Source: an archaeon (GTDB lineage Archaea; EX4484-52; WAPT01). From it: 64,000 bases of DNA. The stretch spans positions 67,420 to 131,419 of the forward strand of contig JAPDKB010000004.1 of NCBI GenBank assembly GCA_029258795.1. Direction: 5' to 3'. A program made the translations under genes and the position numbers. Shown piece after piece: positions 10,822-20,073 of this stretch. Positions within the stretch are counted from its first letter, which is position 1. Each line of letters begins with the position of its first letter. The notes below the pieces were generated by a model. It was not told where the DNA came from, did no database searches, and was given only the letters and a program-made list of their open reading frames with translations.

Positions 10822-11431
10822 GCAAGGAGCTTTTCCTCCCACCAATCCATGTTTTACCCTTTCTTATTGCATCGAGCACAGCTTCCTCACTTTTTTCCTT
10901 GCATTCAACAGTGGTGTATGCCTTACCCACCTCCCTCCAGTGGTGCGCATCACTGCCCGCTATTATTGGTAATTTCAGCTTTCTCGCATACTCAAGCGCT
11001 TTCCAGTTCCCTATGGCGCTTCTTGAATTGAATACTTCCACACCATCAACCTCAAGCTCCAGCATTTTATCCCCGCTGCACGATTTTAGGTGGAAGAGAT
11101 AGCCGAAGGGATGAGCCACAACCGCAACCCCACCATGCTTTTGCACAATCTTGATAACATCTCTGGCATTCATGCCTTTCGGGATGCTGAAATCCAGCCC
11201 GTAAACAAGCAAATCACCCTCTTTGCACCTGACCTCCTGCCCCTTTATCAGGAGAAGCGAGAATTTTTCAGCGAGCTTTTCCGCCTGTTTGAGAGCTTTG
11301 CAGGTGTTGTGGTCGGTTATTGCTAAACCATCAAGCCCCCTCCTTTTTGCCTGAAGGAGTATGAATTTAACATCGCTCAACCCGTCCTTTGAATGGTTGG
11401 TGTGGACATGCATATCCAGCTTTAACTTCAT
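10763..11431 (-). CDS. PHP-domain phosphoesterase
   Basis: DMHVHT..SKDG, AITDHN, AHP, GSDAH. Confidence 0.92.
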   Translation of the reverse strand: MKLKLDMHVHTNHSKDGLSDVKFILLQAKRRGLDGLAITDHNTCKALKQAEKLAEKFSLLLIKGQEVRCKEGDLLVYGLDFSIPKGMNARDVIKIVQKHGGVAVVAHPFGYLFHLKSCSGDKMLELEVDGVEVFNSRSAIGNWKALEYARKLKLPIIAGSDAHHWREVGKAYTTVECKEKSEEAVLDAIRKGKTWIGGRKSSLLMLSYWYFARFLKLASLSF

Positions 11432-11483
11432 TAGACCAAATTCCTCTGGAAGCTATAAAAATTTTGCAATCTCCCTATCATGC

Positions 11484-12455
11484 ATGCTGAAATCCACAAA
11501 AATCGGAGATAAATTCAGTTTATTGATGGGGAAGCTATTTTGTGCGCTTCCTTTAAAACCGAACCACTATACCCTACTTTCAGTGCTCCTTGCTTTTGCA
11601 GGAATGGTTATGGTTATTGAACAACAAGTTGAAATTGCCATCCTTCTTTTCCTGTTATCCTTCTTTCTGGATGCTGTGGATGGAGCGGTTGCAAGAGCAA
11701 AGGGTATGGCGTCCAGTTTTGGCGCTTTCATGGATGGAGTTGTAGATAGAGTGGTGGAAACTCTGTTTTTGATCTCACTTGCGTTCATGAACATAGAAAC
11801 GATGCTTTTTCCATCATGGCTATGGGTAATGGTGGTGCTTGCGTCAGGCACATACATGACTTCCTTCATAAAAGCTTACTCTCACCACCGCCTCGTGCTT
11901 GAGGAAAGGGAAGCAGCCAATATGCCGGGTTTGCTTGAAAGGGCCGAGAGATGTGTGCTTTTACTTCTTGTGATGGTTCTGGCTTACTTCAATTATGGAA
12001 GGGTCGCGGGAGCGCTTTTGATGGTTGTGGCCTTGCTCGCAACCCTGACGGCTTTGCAGCGCTGCATATGTGTTTGGAGAAAAGCAGCCGGAAGCAAGCC
12101 ATCAGGATTGCGCAACCTTAAGCAGGTTGTTGTGGTGAGAACTGACATAAAAATGGGCAAGGGTAAGCTTGCAGCTCAGGTTGCGCACGCATCCCTGCAT
12201 GCGTTTTTAAACGCGGATGCGGAAAAAAGAAACGCATGGCTCAGCTCCGGGCAGAAAAAGGTTGTGCTCAAAGCAAGAAGCGAGGAGGAGCTCATGCAGC
12301 TTTACAAAAAGGCGAGAAGGAAAGGGTTGAATGCCGTTATGATAAGGGATGCTGGCCTAACTCAGCTTGAGAAGGGCACGATCACTGCCATGGCAGCCGG
12401 TCCGGAGGAGGAAGAAAAGCTCGACGAGGTGTTTGGAGAGCTAAAGCTTTTATGA
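11484..12455 (+). CDS. pth2: CDP-alcohol phosphatidyltransferase fused to peptidyl-tRNA hydrolase Pth2
   Basis: N-half PN..T and DAVDGAVAR..S.FGAFMDGVVDR; C-half KQVVVVRTDIKMGKGKLAAQVAHAS..QKKVVLK..DAGLTQ..GP; one open frame. Confidence 0.9.
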   Translation: MLKSTKIGDKFSLLMGKLFCALPLKPNHYTLLSVLLAFAGMVMVIEQQVEIAILLFLLSFFLDAVDGAVARAKGMASSFGAFMDGVVDRVVETLFLISLAFMNIETMLFPSWLWVMVVLASGTYMTSFIKAYSHHRLVLEEREAANMPGLLERAERCVLLLLVMVLAYFNYGRVAGALLMVVALLATLTALQRCICVWRKAAGSKPSGLRNLKQVVVVRTDIKMGKGKLAAQVAHASLHAFLNADAEKRNAWLSSGQKKVVLKARSEEELMQLYKKARRKGLNAVMIRDAGLTQLEKGTITAMAAGPEEEEKLDEVFGELKLL

Positions 12456-12466
12456 GGTGGTCCGTT

Positions 12467-12784
12467 ATGTCGGAAAAGAAAGGCAAAAAGAAAAAGAAAA
12501 GGAAGAATAACTTGAGGGTGCTGGGCGTGGTTGTTGTCGTGATAGCAGTGTTGGCTTCCTTTTATCTGCTCTTCACCAAGATAACGAAGTACAGGATGCT
12601 GGAGGAGAAGTGTAAAGCGATAGAGAGCAGTCCAGACCTCCTCTTTCCATGCAAGTGCAAACCTCAGCTCAAAAGCGTGGAGAATGAGAGTGATATTGTC
12701 TACAAGAAAACAGAACCGATGTGTATATGCACATGCGACATTGGCAATGGCACCACGGTAACCATAGAGGTCAGAGCTGCTTAG
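12467..12784 (+). CDS. Small membrane-anchored Cys-rich protein
   Basis: GAGGTGG SD, basic N-terminus, TM helix, CKC and CICTC motifs. Confidence 0.7.
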   Translation: MSEKKGKKKKKRKNNLRVLGVVVVVIAVLASFYLLFTKITKYRMLEEKCKAIESSPDLLFPCKCKPQLKSVENESDIVYKKTEPMCICTCDIGNGTTVTIEVRAA

Positions 12785-13980
12785 CTCTCACCTTCTACCA
12801 CATAGTCCAAGAGCTCCCTCAAGAATGTGGTTGCGTAGGTTGATTTTCTCAGAGCAAAGCGAATTGTTAGCTTGTTCTTCCCCTCGAACATTTCATCTTT
12901 TTCAAATTTCACAAATTCGAAATCGTGAACTTTCCCAAACGCCTTTCTGTATCTTGTTGTGGTGGTGAGGTGTTTTTCCTTGCTAAAATAGAACATCTCC
13001 GGCTTTATTCCTTCCTCCTCAAGCATTTCATCCAGCATATCGTGCCATTTCTCTCTGAAAACCGGCTTGGAGTAATCATAGCCAACGATAGGCAGCTTGA
13101 GCTTCTCATCAAAATAGCCCGCTTTAACCACCTTCTCGAGCAATCTGTTGAACAGGTAGGACTGGTAGGAGTTTATCACGAAGCGCTGAAACTTCTTAGG
13201 AAGAGAGAGAAACGCAAGCCTGAAATCTCCCGTCTTGATCAGCGTTCTGAGCATTATCCTTTCATGCTCATACTTTCTTGGAATCGTTTCCAGAGCTTCC
13301 TCATAATTCCCCTTTTCGATCAGCTCCCTTGCCTTCCTCATCCTTTCATCGTGCTCCTTTTTTTTGAACGCTGTCAGGTAAAAAAGAACGCCCTCCTCAA
13401 ACTTTCTCAGCACGATGTACTTACCAAAAAGATGGGTTATCTCTCTCTTCGTGCCAAACCGCTGCTCTCCATAATAATTTGGAAAATAACCTCCTGTTTT
13501 TTCGAAAAAACCATCTATGATCTCTCTAACCTCCTTCTCATCCTGCTCTATGTCCCTTACCGTTATGGTGAACCTGTTTCCCCACAGCCCGCCGAGAAAA
13601 ACCTTGCCGCCATACCTTATAGGCACAACTTCAATATCCTTCAGCTCGAGATTTTCAACGGCTTCCTTCTGAACCTTATACATACCTATGAGCTGGGAAG
13701 TGTAAGCGTGTTTGTCTTTAAGCCCAGCAAACGTTATTCGATCCTCTTTTTTGATGCGAAGCTTCTTTCTCAAGATGGAAACTGCCTCAAAAGTATCGTA
13801 ACCCTTCTTTATCAAAACACAATGCAAAAACTTTCCCTCACTCGTTTCATCGAACTCATAATCTTTTCCTATCTCCAGTACCTCATGTCTATGTGGCATC
13901 TCCTCCACAATGAAATCCTCGTACTTCGCTTTTATCCTTCCCTTTATCTTTTTGCCATCGTAAAGTGTGCAAAAATGCAT
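12781..13980 (-). CDS. truD: tRNA pseudouridine(13) synthase TruD
   Basis: EDFIVEE, FAGLKDKHAYTSQ, GNRFTITVR, FPNYYGEQRFG, YQSYLFN, YATTFLREL. Confidence 0.95.
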   Translation of the reverse strand: MHFCTLYDGKKIKGRIKAKYEDFIVEEMPHRHEVLEIGKDYEFDETSEGKFLHCVLIKKGYDTFEAVSILRKKLRIKKEDRITFAGLKDKHAYTSQLIGMYKVQKEAVENLELKDIEVVPIRYGGKVFLGGLWGNRFTITVRDIEQDEKEVREIIDGFFEKTGGYFPNYYGEQRFGTKREITHLFGKYIVLRKFEEGVLFYLTAFKKKEHDERMRKARELIEKGNYEEALETIPRKYEHERIMLRTLIKTGDFRLAFLSLPKKFQRFVINSYQSYLFNRLLEKVVKAGYFDEKLKLPIVGYDYSKPVFREKWHDMLDEMLEEEGIKPEMFYFSKEKHLTTTTRYRKAFGKVHDFEFVKFEKDEMFEGKNKLTIRFALRKSTYATTFLRELLDYVVEGES

Positions 13981-14040
13981 GTTAAACACCGAAAGATATA
14001 TATAGGTGTGAGAGACATAATAATTAGATTCTACCAAATC

Positions 14041-15093
14041 TCATGGTTTTATCTCCCTTACTGGGATGTGGCCGTGCCTCCTCCTTCGAGGGGAGGCACG
14101 GTTTTTCATCTCCACCCTCAAAAATTTAATGAGTTCTTCTATACTCTTCTCATCCTCGCTTGATGTTTCTAGCCATCTCAATCCAAGCTTCTCCAGTTCA
14201 TCTCTGAGCTTTCTCAGTTTTTCTTCATCCTGACAGAGGTCCATTTTGTTTATGCAGCAAACTATTCGGAGGTTTGGGAAAAGGGACATAAGCCTCTTCA
14301 ACAACCCGATCTGCTTCTCAATATCATAACCACAGGTTTCGCTAACATCAAAAACATAAAGCATGAGCGATGGTAAAGTTGAGATGGCGGTTATGGCTTT
14401 CCTCTCGATTCCTTTCATCTTCGAAGGATCCCTGTCCAGAATACCCGGCGTATCTATCAGCTGAAGCTCGTTATCGAGATAACCCACCATGAGCTTTTTG
14501 GTCGTGAAGGGATAATCCGCTATTTGTGGCTGCGCACCCGTAACCTTTCTAAGCAACGTGCTCTTCCCGACGTTAGGATAACCCGCTATTATAATTGTGG
14601 GCATGTCCTTGAGCGAGGGGAATTCAGCGGTGAGCTTTTTGAATTGGATTAAAGTGTGGAAAGCATCCCTCCTCTTCTTTATGAGGGAACTCACCCTGCC
14701 ATAAAAAGCCCTCCTGACGTTCTTTACTCTTTTGATTGAGTTCTCACCCTTTATCTTGTTCGCATAATCAAGTTCGAGCTCTCTCACCTTCTTCGATATC
14801 CAGTTGAGTGTTGCCAGAGCTTTCTTCACATCATCAACAGGCATGGAGATCTCAATCAACTTCCTGTAGAATTCAGGAACCTCATCCAGGTTGGGCACGC
14901 TTCGGATTATTTCTTTTATGTTGTCCCTTATAACATTCGAAACGGTGCTTATCTTCTGCATTTCGAGAAGTTTCTCCCTCATAACTTTGTCCTTCACATG
15001 AGGGTCTCGACTAACCTTACTGGCTTTTCTGAAAGCTTTGTCCACCAGCTCCTCATGCGTCGGGATATGTTTCATGTTTTTAAAGGGGTTCAT
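14041..15093 (-). CDS. NOG1-family GTP-binding protein
   Basis: GYPNVGKS, YPFTT, DTPG, NKMD; N-terminal helical domain IPT.EELVDKAF. Confidence 0.93.
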   Translation of the reverse strand: MNPFKNMKHIPTHEELVDKAFRKASKVSRDPHVKDKVMREKLLEMQKISTVSNVIRDNIKEIIRSVPNLDEVPEFYRKLIEISMPVDDVKKALATLNWISKKVRELELDYANKIKGENSIKRVKNVRRAFYGRVSSLIKKRRDAFHTLIQFKKLTAEFPSLKDMPTIIIAGYPNVGKSTLLRKVTGAQPQIADYPFTTKKLMVGYLDNELQLIDTPGILDRDPSKMKGIERKAITAISTLPSLMLYVFDVSETCGYDIEKQIGLLKRLMSLFPNLRIVCCINKMDLCQDEEKLRKLRDELEKLGLRWLETSSEDEKSIEELIKFLRVEMKNRASPRRRRHGHIPVREIKP

Positions 15094-15145
15094 GCCCTTT
15101 ATTTCTCCTTCAAATTTAAAAAGTGAAGAAGCGAAAACTGAAGGT

Positions 15146-15433
15146 ATGGAAGACCAGACCAGAAAGTTGTCCAAGAGGGAGGTCGAACACACAAGGAAAG
15201 TGATCGAGGTGCTGAGAGAACATCCTTACGGGTTGTGGATAAGAGAGATAGCGAGAAGAACCGGGCTCCACATGGAACAGGTCAGAAGGGTGATAACATC
15301 TTACCCTCAGCTCTTTGAAGAGTATGCGGACTTCACATCTTACGGCATAAACCTCAAGATTGTGAGGTTGAAAAGAAAGATCTCCACAAAAAATTTGGAA
15401 AAGCTCCTGCTCATGTTCAAGGAAGAAAGCTAG
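15146..15433 (+). CDS. Small winged-HTH protein
   Basis: VLREHPYGLWIREIARRTGL; paralog of 28165-28383. Confidence 0.75.
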   Translation: MEDQTRKLSKREVEHTRKVIEVLREHPYGLWIREIARRTGLHMEQVRRVITSYPQLFEEYADFTSYGINLKIVRLKRKISTKNLEKLLLMFKEES

Positions 15434-16538
15434 ATTCATCCTCAAACTCCATGAGTTTCTTGTGCTCCTCCTCTATTATTTTCCTCAGCTCCTCAAGTCC
15501 TACGGATTGCTTCGGTATTCTGGCTCCTGCCGCAGGTATGTGTCCACCACCCTCTCCTGCCTTAACTCGCTTCACAACATTTTTGGCCAGAACGTTCATG
15601 CCAACCACCCTATCCTGCCTCCTGAAGCTGAGATGGTAGTGAGTTTTGTCTTCCCATATCACAACCAGCGTCTTATCAGGAAACATGTTTTTTGAGAGGG
15701 TGTTAGCTACTATCGATTTCATGTTGTACTTGGTGGGAATAATAATTATTGCTAACCCATCTTTATCATCATAGCACTCTTTCTTTACACTCTCAATCAC
15801 TTTCTCATATTCCTTCTCCATATCCTCAACCGCCTTAACAATCTCACTCTTCAAAAATTCCTGCATGCTATTACATCCATTTAACACGTGCAGAGCTCTC
15901 TCCACAACATCATATCCCTTTGCCCTGCAGAACTCTATTATTCGAGCGGCCATCTCAATGTTCTCCCTTTCCACCATCCACTTACCACACACATCCCTTA
16001 TGAAGTCGAACCAGAAATCGTCAGCGGAATCACCCACAACTCCTATGGCTGCCACCCAGTCCCACCTTTCCATATCTTTGTTCCACTCCTTCAATATGTC
16101 GTAGCTCAACTTTGAAGCAGGGTACTTGTCTCCGTTCGCAAAGCCCAAATGGCAGGAGTTTATGTAAGTTATGTTTCCTTCTTCCCTTTTGAGCAAGCCA
16201 GTGCTAACATGATGATCCACAATCAACACCCCATCACAGAGAGATGCGAGTTTTCTTACAGCTTCAACATCATTTTCAACATTCAAATCAACTATGATCA
16301 CTTTGTTGTATTTTTTACCCTTCACCATTTTCAGGGTTTCATCCGTTATGGTGACATGTGGTCCCTGGTTGAGAACATGGATTGTGTTAGGATGGCGTTT
16401 CTCAAGCGCCTTGATGAAAAGGACGGCAGAGCATACTCCATCGGGATCGGGATGATATATTATGAGAACTTTGTCGTTTTTTTTGATTCCTTTTAGAAAT
16501 GCATGTGCTGCCTTCAACACATCATCTTTGAGCTTCAT
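15417..16538 (-). CDS. DHH-family phosphoesterase (RecJ-like, DHHA1)
   Basis: HPDPDG, IVDHH, GGGHIPAAG. Confidence 0.92.
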   Translation of the reverse strand: MKLKDDVLKAAHAFLKGIKKNDKVLIIYHPDPDGVCSAVLFIKALEKRHPNTIHVLNQGPHVTITDETLKMVKGKKYNKVIIVDLNVENDVEAVRKLASLCDGVLIVDHHVSTGLLKREEGNITYINSCHLGFANGDKYPASKLSYDILKEWNKDMERWDWVAAIGVVGDSADDFWFDFIRDVCGKWMVERENIEMAARIIEFCRAKGYDVVERALHVLNGCNSMQEFLKSEIVKAVEDMEKEYEKVIESVKKECYDDKDGLAIIIIPTKYNMKSIVANTLSKNMFPDKTLVVIWEDKTHYHLSFRRQDRVVGMNVLAKNVVKRVKAGEGGGHIPAAGARIPKQSVGLEELRKIIEEEHKKLMEFEDESSFLP

Positions 16539-17178
16539 AGGCTTTCACGCTTTCCATGACTTTTTCCTTCGCATTTCTTTTTATTATCCTGCCATGTCCC
16601 GGCAACAGTATTTCAAAATCAAGATTTAAAATTCTTGAGAGGGAGTTGAGCATGGCTTTATCATCCCCACCCATCAAATCAGTTCTTCCTATCGAATGGT
16701 GGAAGAGCGTATCCCCACTTATCAGAATTTTCTTGTTGGGCTCATAAAGACATATGCTGCCCGGCGTATGCCCGGGTGTGTGCAAAACCCTGAATTTGTG
16801 GTCGGATGTTTTGATCCAGTCCCCATCATGCAAAATGAAATCCACATCATCTCTCTTAAGCTCACCACCGAAAAAATGATAGTATGTAGCCTTTTTATTT
16901 TCTTTCAGAAGCTCGGCATCATTTTCGTGCATTCCCACAAGAGCTTTTTCAAAAATGAAGTTCCCACCTATATGATCGAAGTGAAGGTGAGTATTGATGA
17001 CCCTTTCTATTACCTTAACCTCCACACCCGCTTTTTCCATCAGTTTGAGGAGTTGCGTTGGCAGCAGGCCTGTGGTGGTATCCACGACCATCTCGTTATC
17101 CACCACATAAACGTTGCTTTCCAGCTTGCCCATGTACACAAGTATTACACCATCAGTAACTTCCTCGACCTTCATCAT
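16522..17178 (-). CDS. MBL-fold metallo-hydrolase
   Basis: THLHFDHIGG, HTPGHT.GS, SGDTLF, PGHG. Confidence 0.93.
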   Translation of the reverse strand: MMKVEEVTDGVILVYMGKLESNVYVVDNEMVVDTTTGLLPTQLLKLMEKAGVEVKVIERVINTHLHFDHIGGNFIFEKALVGMHENDAELLKENKKATYYHFFGGELKRDDVDFILHDGDWIKTSDHKFRVLHTPGHTPGSICLYEPNKKILISGDTLFHHSIGRTDLMGGDDKAMLNSLSRILNLDFEILLPGHGRIIKRNAKEKVMESVKAYEAQR

Positions 17179-18542
17179 TTAGATCTCCTCGAATAATCCA
17201 CCAGCACCTTCAAAGCTTTCACAGCCCTCTCCGGAGTTGGATAGGCAGGAATGCCCTGCTTTTCAAAGCTTTTGAGAAGCAGCTTTGTGTACTCTCCACC
17301 AGATGAGCACACTATCATTGGTTTTTCTGTCTTCGCGTTTGCCTCAGCCAAAACATCCATGATTTCCGAACTTAATGGTGCTAATTGGAAAAGAGTAATT
17401 ACGATAATCGCACCAACATTTTTATCATTCGAAACAATTTCCAGTGCTTGCGCATATCTCTCAGCTGTTGCATCGCCTATAAGGTCGAGAGGGTTGTGTA
17501 CTGAAGCATAGCTGGGCAGGATCTCGCTTAGCTGTTTGGCTGTTTTTTCCTCAAACTCCGCAATCTTCAAGCCATTCTTCACGCACAGGTCTGCTGTTAT
17601 CACACCCATGCCTCCGCCGTTTGTTATTATGGCAACACTATCATTTTCAGCCCTCTTCTCAGTAGCCAGAATTCTGGCATAATCAAACATCTGTTCTATG
17701 TTCTCAGCTTCTATGGCATTGCACTGCCTCAGCACACCTCTGAAAACCTCGTAACTACCAGCCATGCTGCCCGTGTGGGATGCGGCAGCTTTTTTCCCAG
17801 CTTCACACTTACCCGCTTTGAATATCACCACCGGCTTTTTCTTTGTGGCTTTCTTTAGAGCATTCATGAATTTCCTTCCGTCTTCCACACCCTCTATATA
17901 ACCGACTATAACCTTCGTTTCTTTGTCCTTAGCAAGATATTCCAATATTTCGCTTTCCCTCACATCCACACCATTACCATAACTCACGAACTTGCTCACA
18001 CCCACACCTTCTTCAGCCATCCAGTCGAGAATCACTAACCCGAAAGCCCCGCTCTGGGAGAAGAAGCTTATCTTGCCATCGTTGGGCTTTTTCATCTTGT
18101 AAGGTGGGATGAAAAGCGTATCCACCCCGCTTGATGGGCAGTAAACTCCGATGCAGTTAGGGCCAACAACACGTGTTGTTTTCCCTTCCTCAATTATTCT
18201 TTTCAGCTCTTCCTCCCTTCTGATGCCCTCTCCTCCTATCTCCCTGAAACCTGAAGTTATGATGATAATGCCTTTAACCTTTTTCTTGACACAATCCTCC
18301 ACAACCTTATTCACGAATTCCGGCTTAACACAGATTATGGCGAGATCAACATCTTCCTTTATCTGTATGATGCGTTGATAGCATTTATGGCCCAGAATTT
18401 CATCGGCATTTGGGTTCACGGGATAGACCTTCCCCTTAAAACTGCTTATGAGATTCCTGAAAATAACATTTCCCACCTTTTCAGGATTTTTGGAAGCTCC
18501 AACAACCGCTATGCTTTTTGGTTTGAAGAAAGCTGAAAGCAT
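17175..18542 (-). CDS. acdA: ADP-forming acetate-CoA ligase, alpha subunit
   Basis: PKSIAVVGAS, GPNCIG, SQSGA, SHTGSMAG (catalytic His), NPLDLIGDA. Confidence 0.94.
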   Translation of the reverse strand: MLSAFFKPKSIAVVGASKNPEKVGNVIFRNLISSFKGKVYPVNPNADEILGHKCYQRIIQIKEDVDLAIICVKPEFVNKVVEDCVKKKVKGIIIITSGFREIGGEGIRREEELKRIIEEGKTTRVVGPNCIGVYCPSSGVDTLFIPPYKMKKPNDGKISFFSQSGAFGLVILDWMAEEGVGVSKFVSYGNGVDVRESEILEYLAKDKETKVIVGYIEGVEDGRKFMNALKKATKKKPVVIFKAGKCEAGKKAAASHTGSMAGSYEVFRGVLRQCNAIEAENIEQMFDYARILATEKRAENDSVAIITNGGGMGVITADLCVKNGLKIAEFEEKTAKQLSEILPSYASVHNPLDLIGDATAERYAQALEIVSNDKNVGAIIVITLFQLAPLSSEIMDVLAEANAKTEKPMIVCSSGGEYTKLLLKSFEKQGIPAYPTPERAVKALKVLVDYSRRSK

Positions 18543-18584
18543 GAAAAGAATTCTCGCATCACATCTTTATATGGTTTCTGTTAA

Positions 18585-18601
18585 ATGGGATAAATTTCCC
18601 A
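18585..18601 (-). repeat. Copy of dispersed quasi-palindrome TGGGAAATTTATCCCAT
   Basis: Exact reverse complement of 22539-22555; 15/17 match to 88-104. Confidence 0.75.
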
Positions 18602-18623
18602 AAAATGAGAAAAAATAGAAAAA

Positions 18624-19010
18624 TTAGGAAGAACGCAGGCTTGCTACGTAGAGAAATAGTGTCACCATCCCAGCAGCAATGGATCCTAAGGAAATGGGAT
18701 CAAACTTTGGTTCAGGTAGTGCTCTGCTCAGCAGCATCAGCGCGATCATAAGGATCAGTGCTATCACAAACGCTGCATCTCTCGAAGCGTAGAGCACGAA
18801 ACCACCTAGAATCGCGGCAATAACGATAGTGCTAACCAGCAAGTACAGCAAGAACTCTGCGGAAACTGTTGTTTCGCCACTTGCCAGTATTTGTCCCAGC
18901 CCGAGTATGGTGCTTACTACGAAGCTCACCGATATCGCGGCGAGCAATCATACAGCTCTTCTCTTCTCACCATCACTTTCCCACACATTCCCTCTACCTT
19001 CTCCATTCAT
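18624..19010 (-). pseudogene. Membrane-protein gene interrupted by an in-frame TGA
   Basis: SD GGAGGTGA, ATG 19010, 20 codons, TGA at 18950-18948, then 107 in-frame hydrophobic codons. Confidence 0.65.
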
Positions 19011-19040
19011 CTATTTCACCTCCTTTTCAGAAACCGAACC

Positions 19041-19077
19041 GCGGAGCCGGGAGGGACTTGCACCCTCGGACCGGCTC
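19041..19077 (-). ncRNA. tRNA-minihelix-like hairpin (7-bp plus 5-bp stems, TGCAAGT loop)
   Basis: Minus strand GAGCCGG-tcc-GAGGG-TGCAAGT-CCCTC-CCGGCTC-CGC. Confidence 0.5.
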
Positions 19078-19104
19078 ATAAAGCATAGAGAAAAAATTAG
19101 TGAT

Positions 19105-19482
19105 TTAGTCCGATGCTTCTTCAATCTCTATTATGTTCTCGAACCATGAGAATATTGGAACTCTCCATCCGCACGTCTTGATGTTGTAGTGTTTACCTAC
19201 TTCTATCTCTGAGTATATGTCAGCGGAATTGAACTTTTTCACCCACCAGTTATCCACGTTTGTCAGCGTAATTCTTTCACCATTTTTTGTTTCTATCACT
19301 ATCATGAAGTTATCGTGGTCGTAGTATCTCTTCACGTATTTGTCGATCACAGTTACATCATGGTACTCATGTATGCTAATGCATTGTATTCCGTCCCATA
19401 TGAGTTTCGGTCCCACGTACAATACGATACCTATCGCAGCTAGAACCAATACGAAAGCAACTACTTCCTTATAATCTTCCAA
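19105..19482 (-). CDS. DUF1523-like membrane-anchored protein (virus-associated family)
   Basis: TM helix, then NVDNWWVKKFNSADIY..GWRVPIFSWFENI; TTG start after GGAGGTGA. Confidence 0.7.
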   Translation of the reverse strand: MEDYKEVVAFVLVLAAIGIVLYVGPKLIWDGIQCISIHEYHDVTVIDKYVKRYYDHDNFMIVIETKNGERITLTNVDNWWVKKFNSADIYSEIEVGKHYNIKTCGWRVPIFSWFENIIEIEEASD

Positions 19483-19653
19483 CCTATCACCTCCATTAAG
19501 AACTAAACAATCAATCCCATTCATCTCAACGTCTCGATTCATAGAAGCGAGCTTTTTTCAATAGTTATCACTATTTTGAGGTAAAAATTTTTAAATATAT
19601 CTCGAAAGATTTCTGTCCCAACTTGTCCCAGCTTTTCAGAATGTTCTCTATTC

Positions 19654-20073
19654 TCAAAGAACGGCAACCCAGACCTCCCTTGTTCTCTTCCTCGTGTCAA
19701 AATTTATCACAACTATCTGCTGCCAAGTGCCGAGAAGAAGCTTGCCCTCCTTGAACGGTACAGTTATGCTTGACCCCACTATGCTTGCCAGAATATGTGC
19801 TGCTCCATTATCATCTCCCCACGTTTTATGATGCTCATAATCAAACTCGTACGGCACATGCTTTTTCAGAACCGCGGGCAAATCCTTCCTCAAGCCGGGC
19901 TCGAATTCTATGGTTGTTATGGCTGCGGTTGAGCCCTTGGCAAACACAACAGCCACACCCTCCTTCTTCCCGCTTTTCCTCACTATTTCAGCAACACTCT
20001 TCGTTATGTCTTCCATACCTCCATATCCATCTACTTCCACCACAATTCTTTCGATCACTGTTCCACACCCCAT
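19654..20073 (-). CDS. yjbQ: YjbQ/UPF0047 family protein
   Basis: GSTAAITTIE.EPGL, HH..WGDDNGAAH, LGTWQQI. Confidence 0.92.
   Translation of the reverse strand: MGCGTVIERIVVEVDGYGGMEDITKSVAEIVRKSGKKEGVAVVFAKGSTAAITTIEFEPGLRKDLPAVLKKHVPYEFDYEHHKTWGDDNGAAHILASIVGSSITVPFKEGKLLLGTWQQIVVINFDTRKRTREVWVAVL

Noticed and set aside
12925-14163. 412-aa plus-strand ORF
   Set aside because: Antisense shadow of truD with no recognisable motifs.
14041-15192. Long N-terminal extensions in the ORF track (NOG1, and likewise pelota, DUF63 and the Pth2 fusion)
   Set aside because: They overlap divergent genes or promoters; downstream ATGs match the family N-termini.
19041-19077. Complete or split tRNA gene
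   Set aside because: No D or anticodon arm, no CCA and no BHB-forming leader; reported as a minihelix-like element instead.
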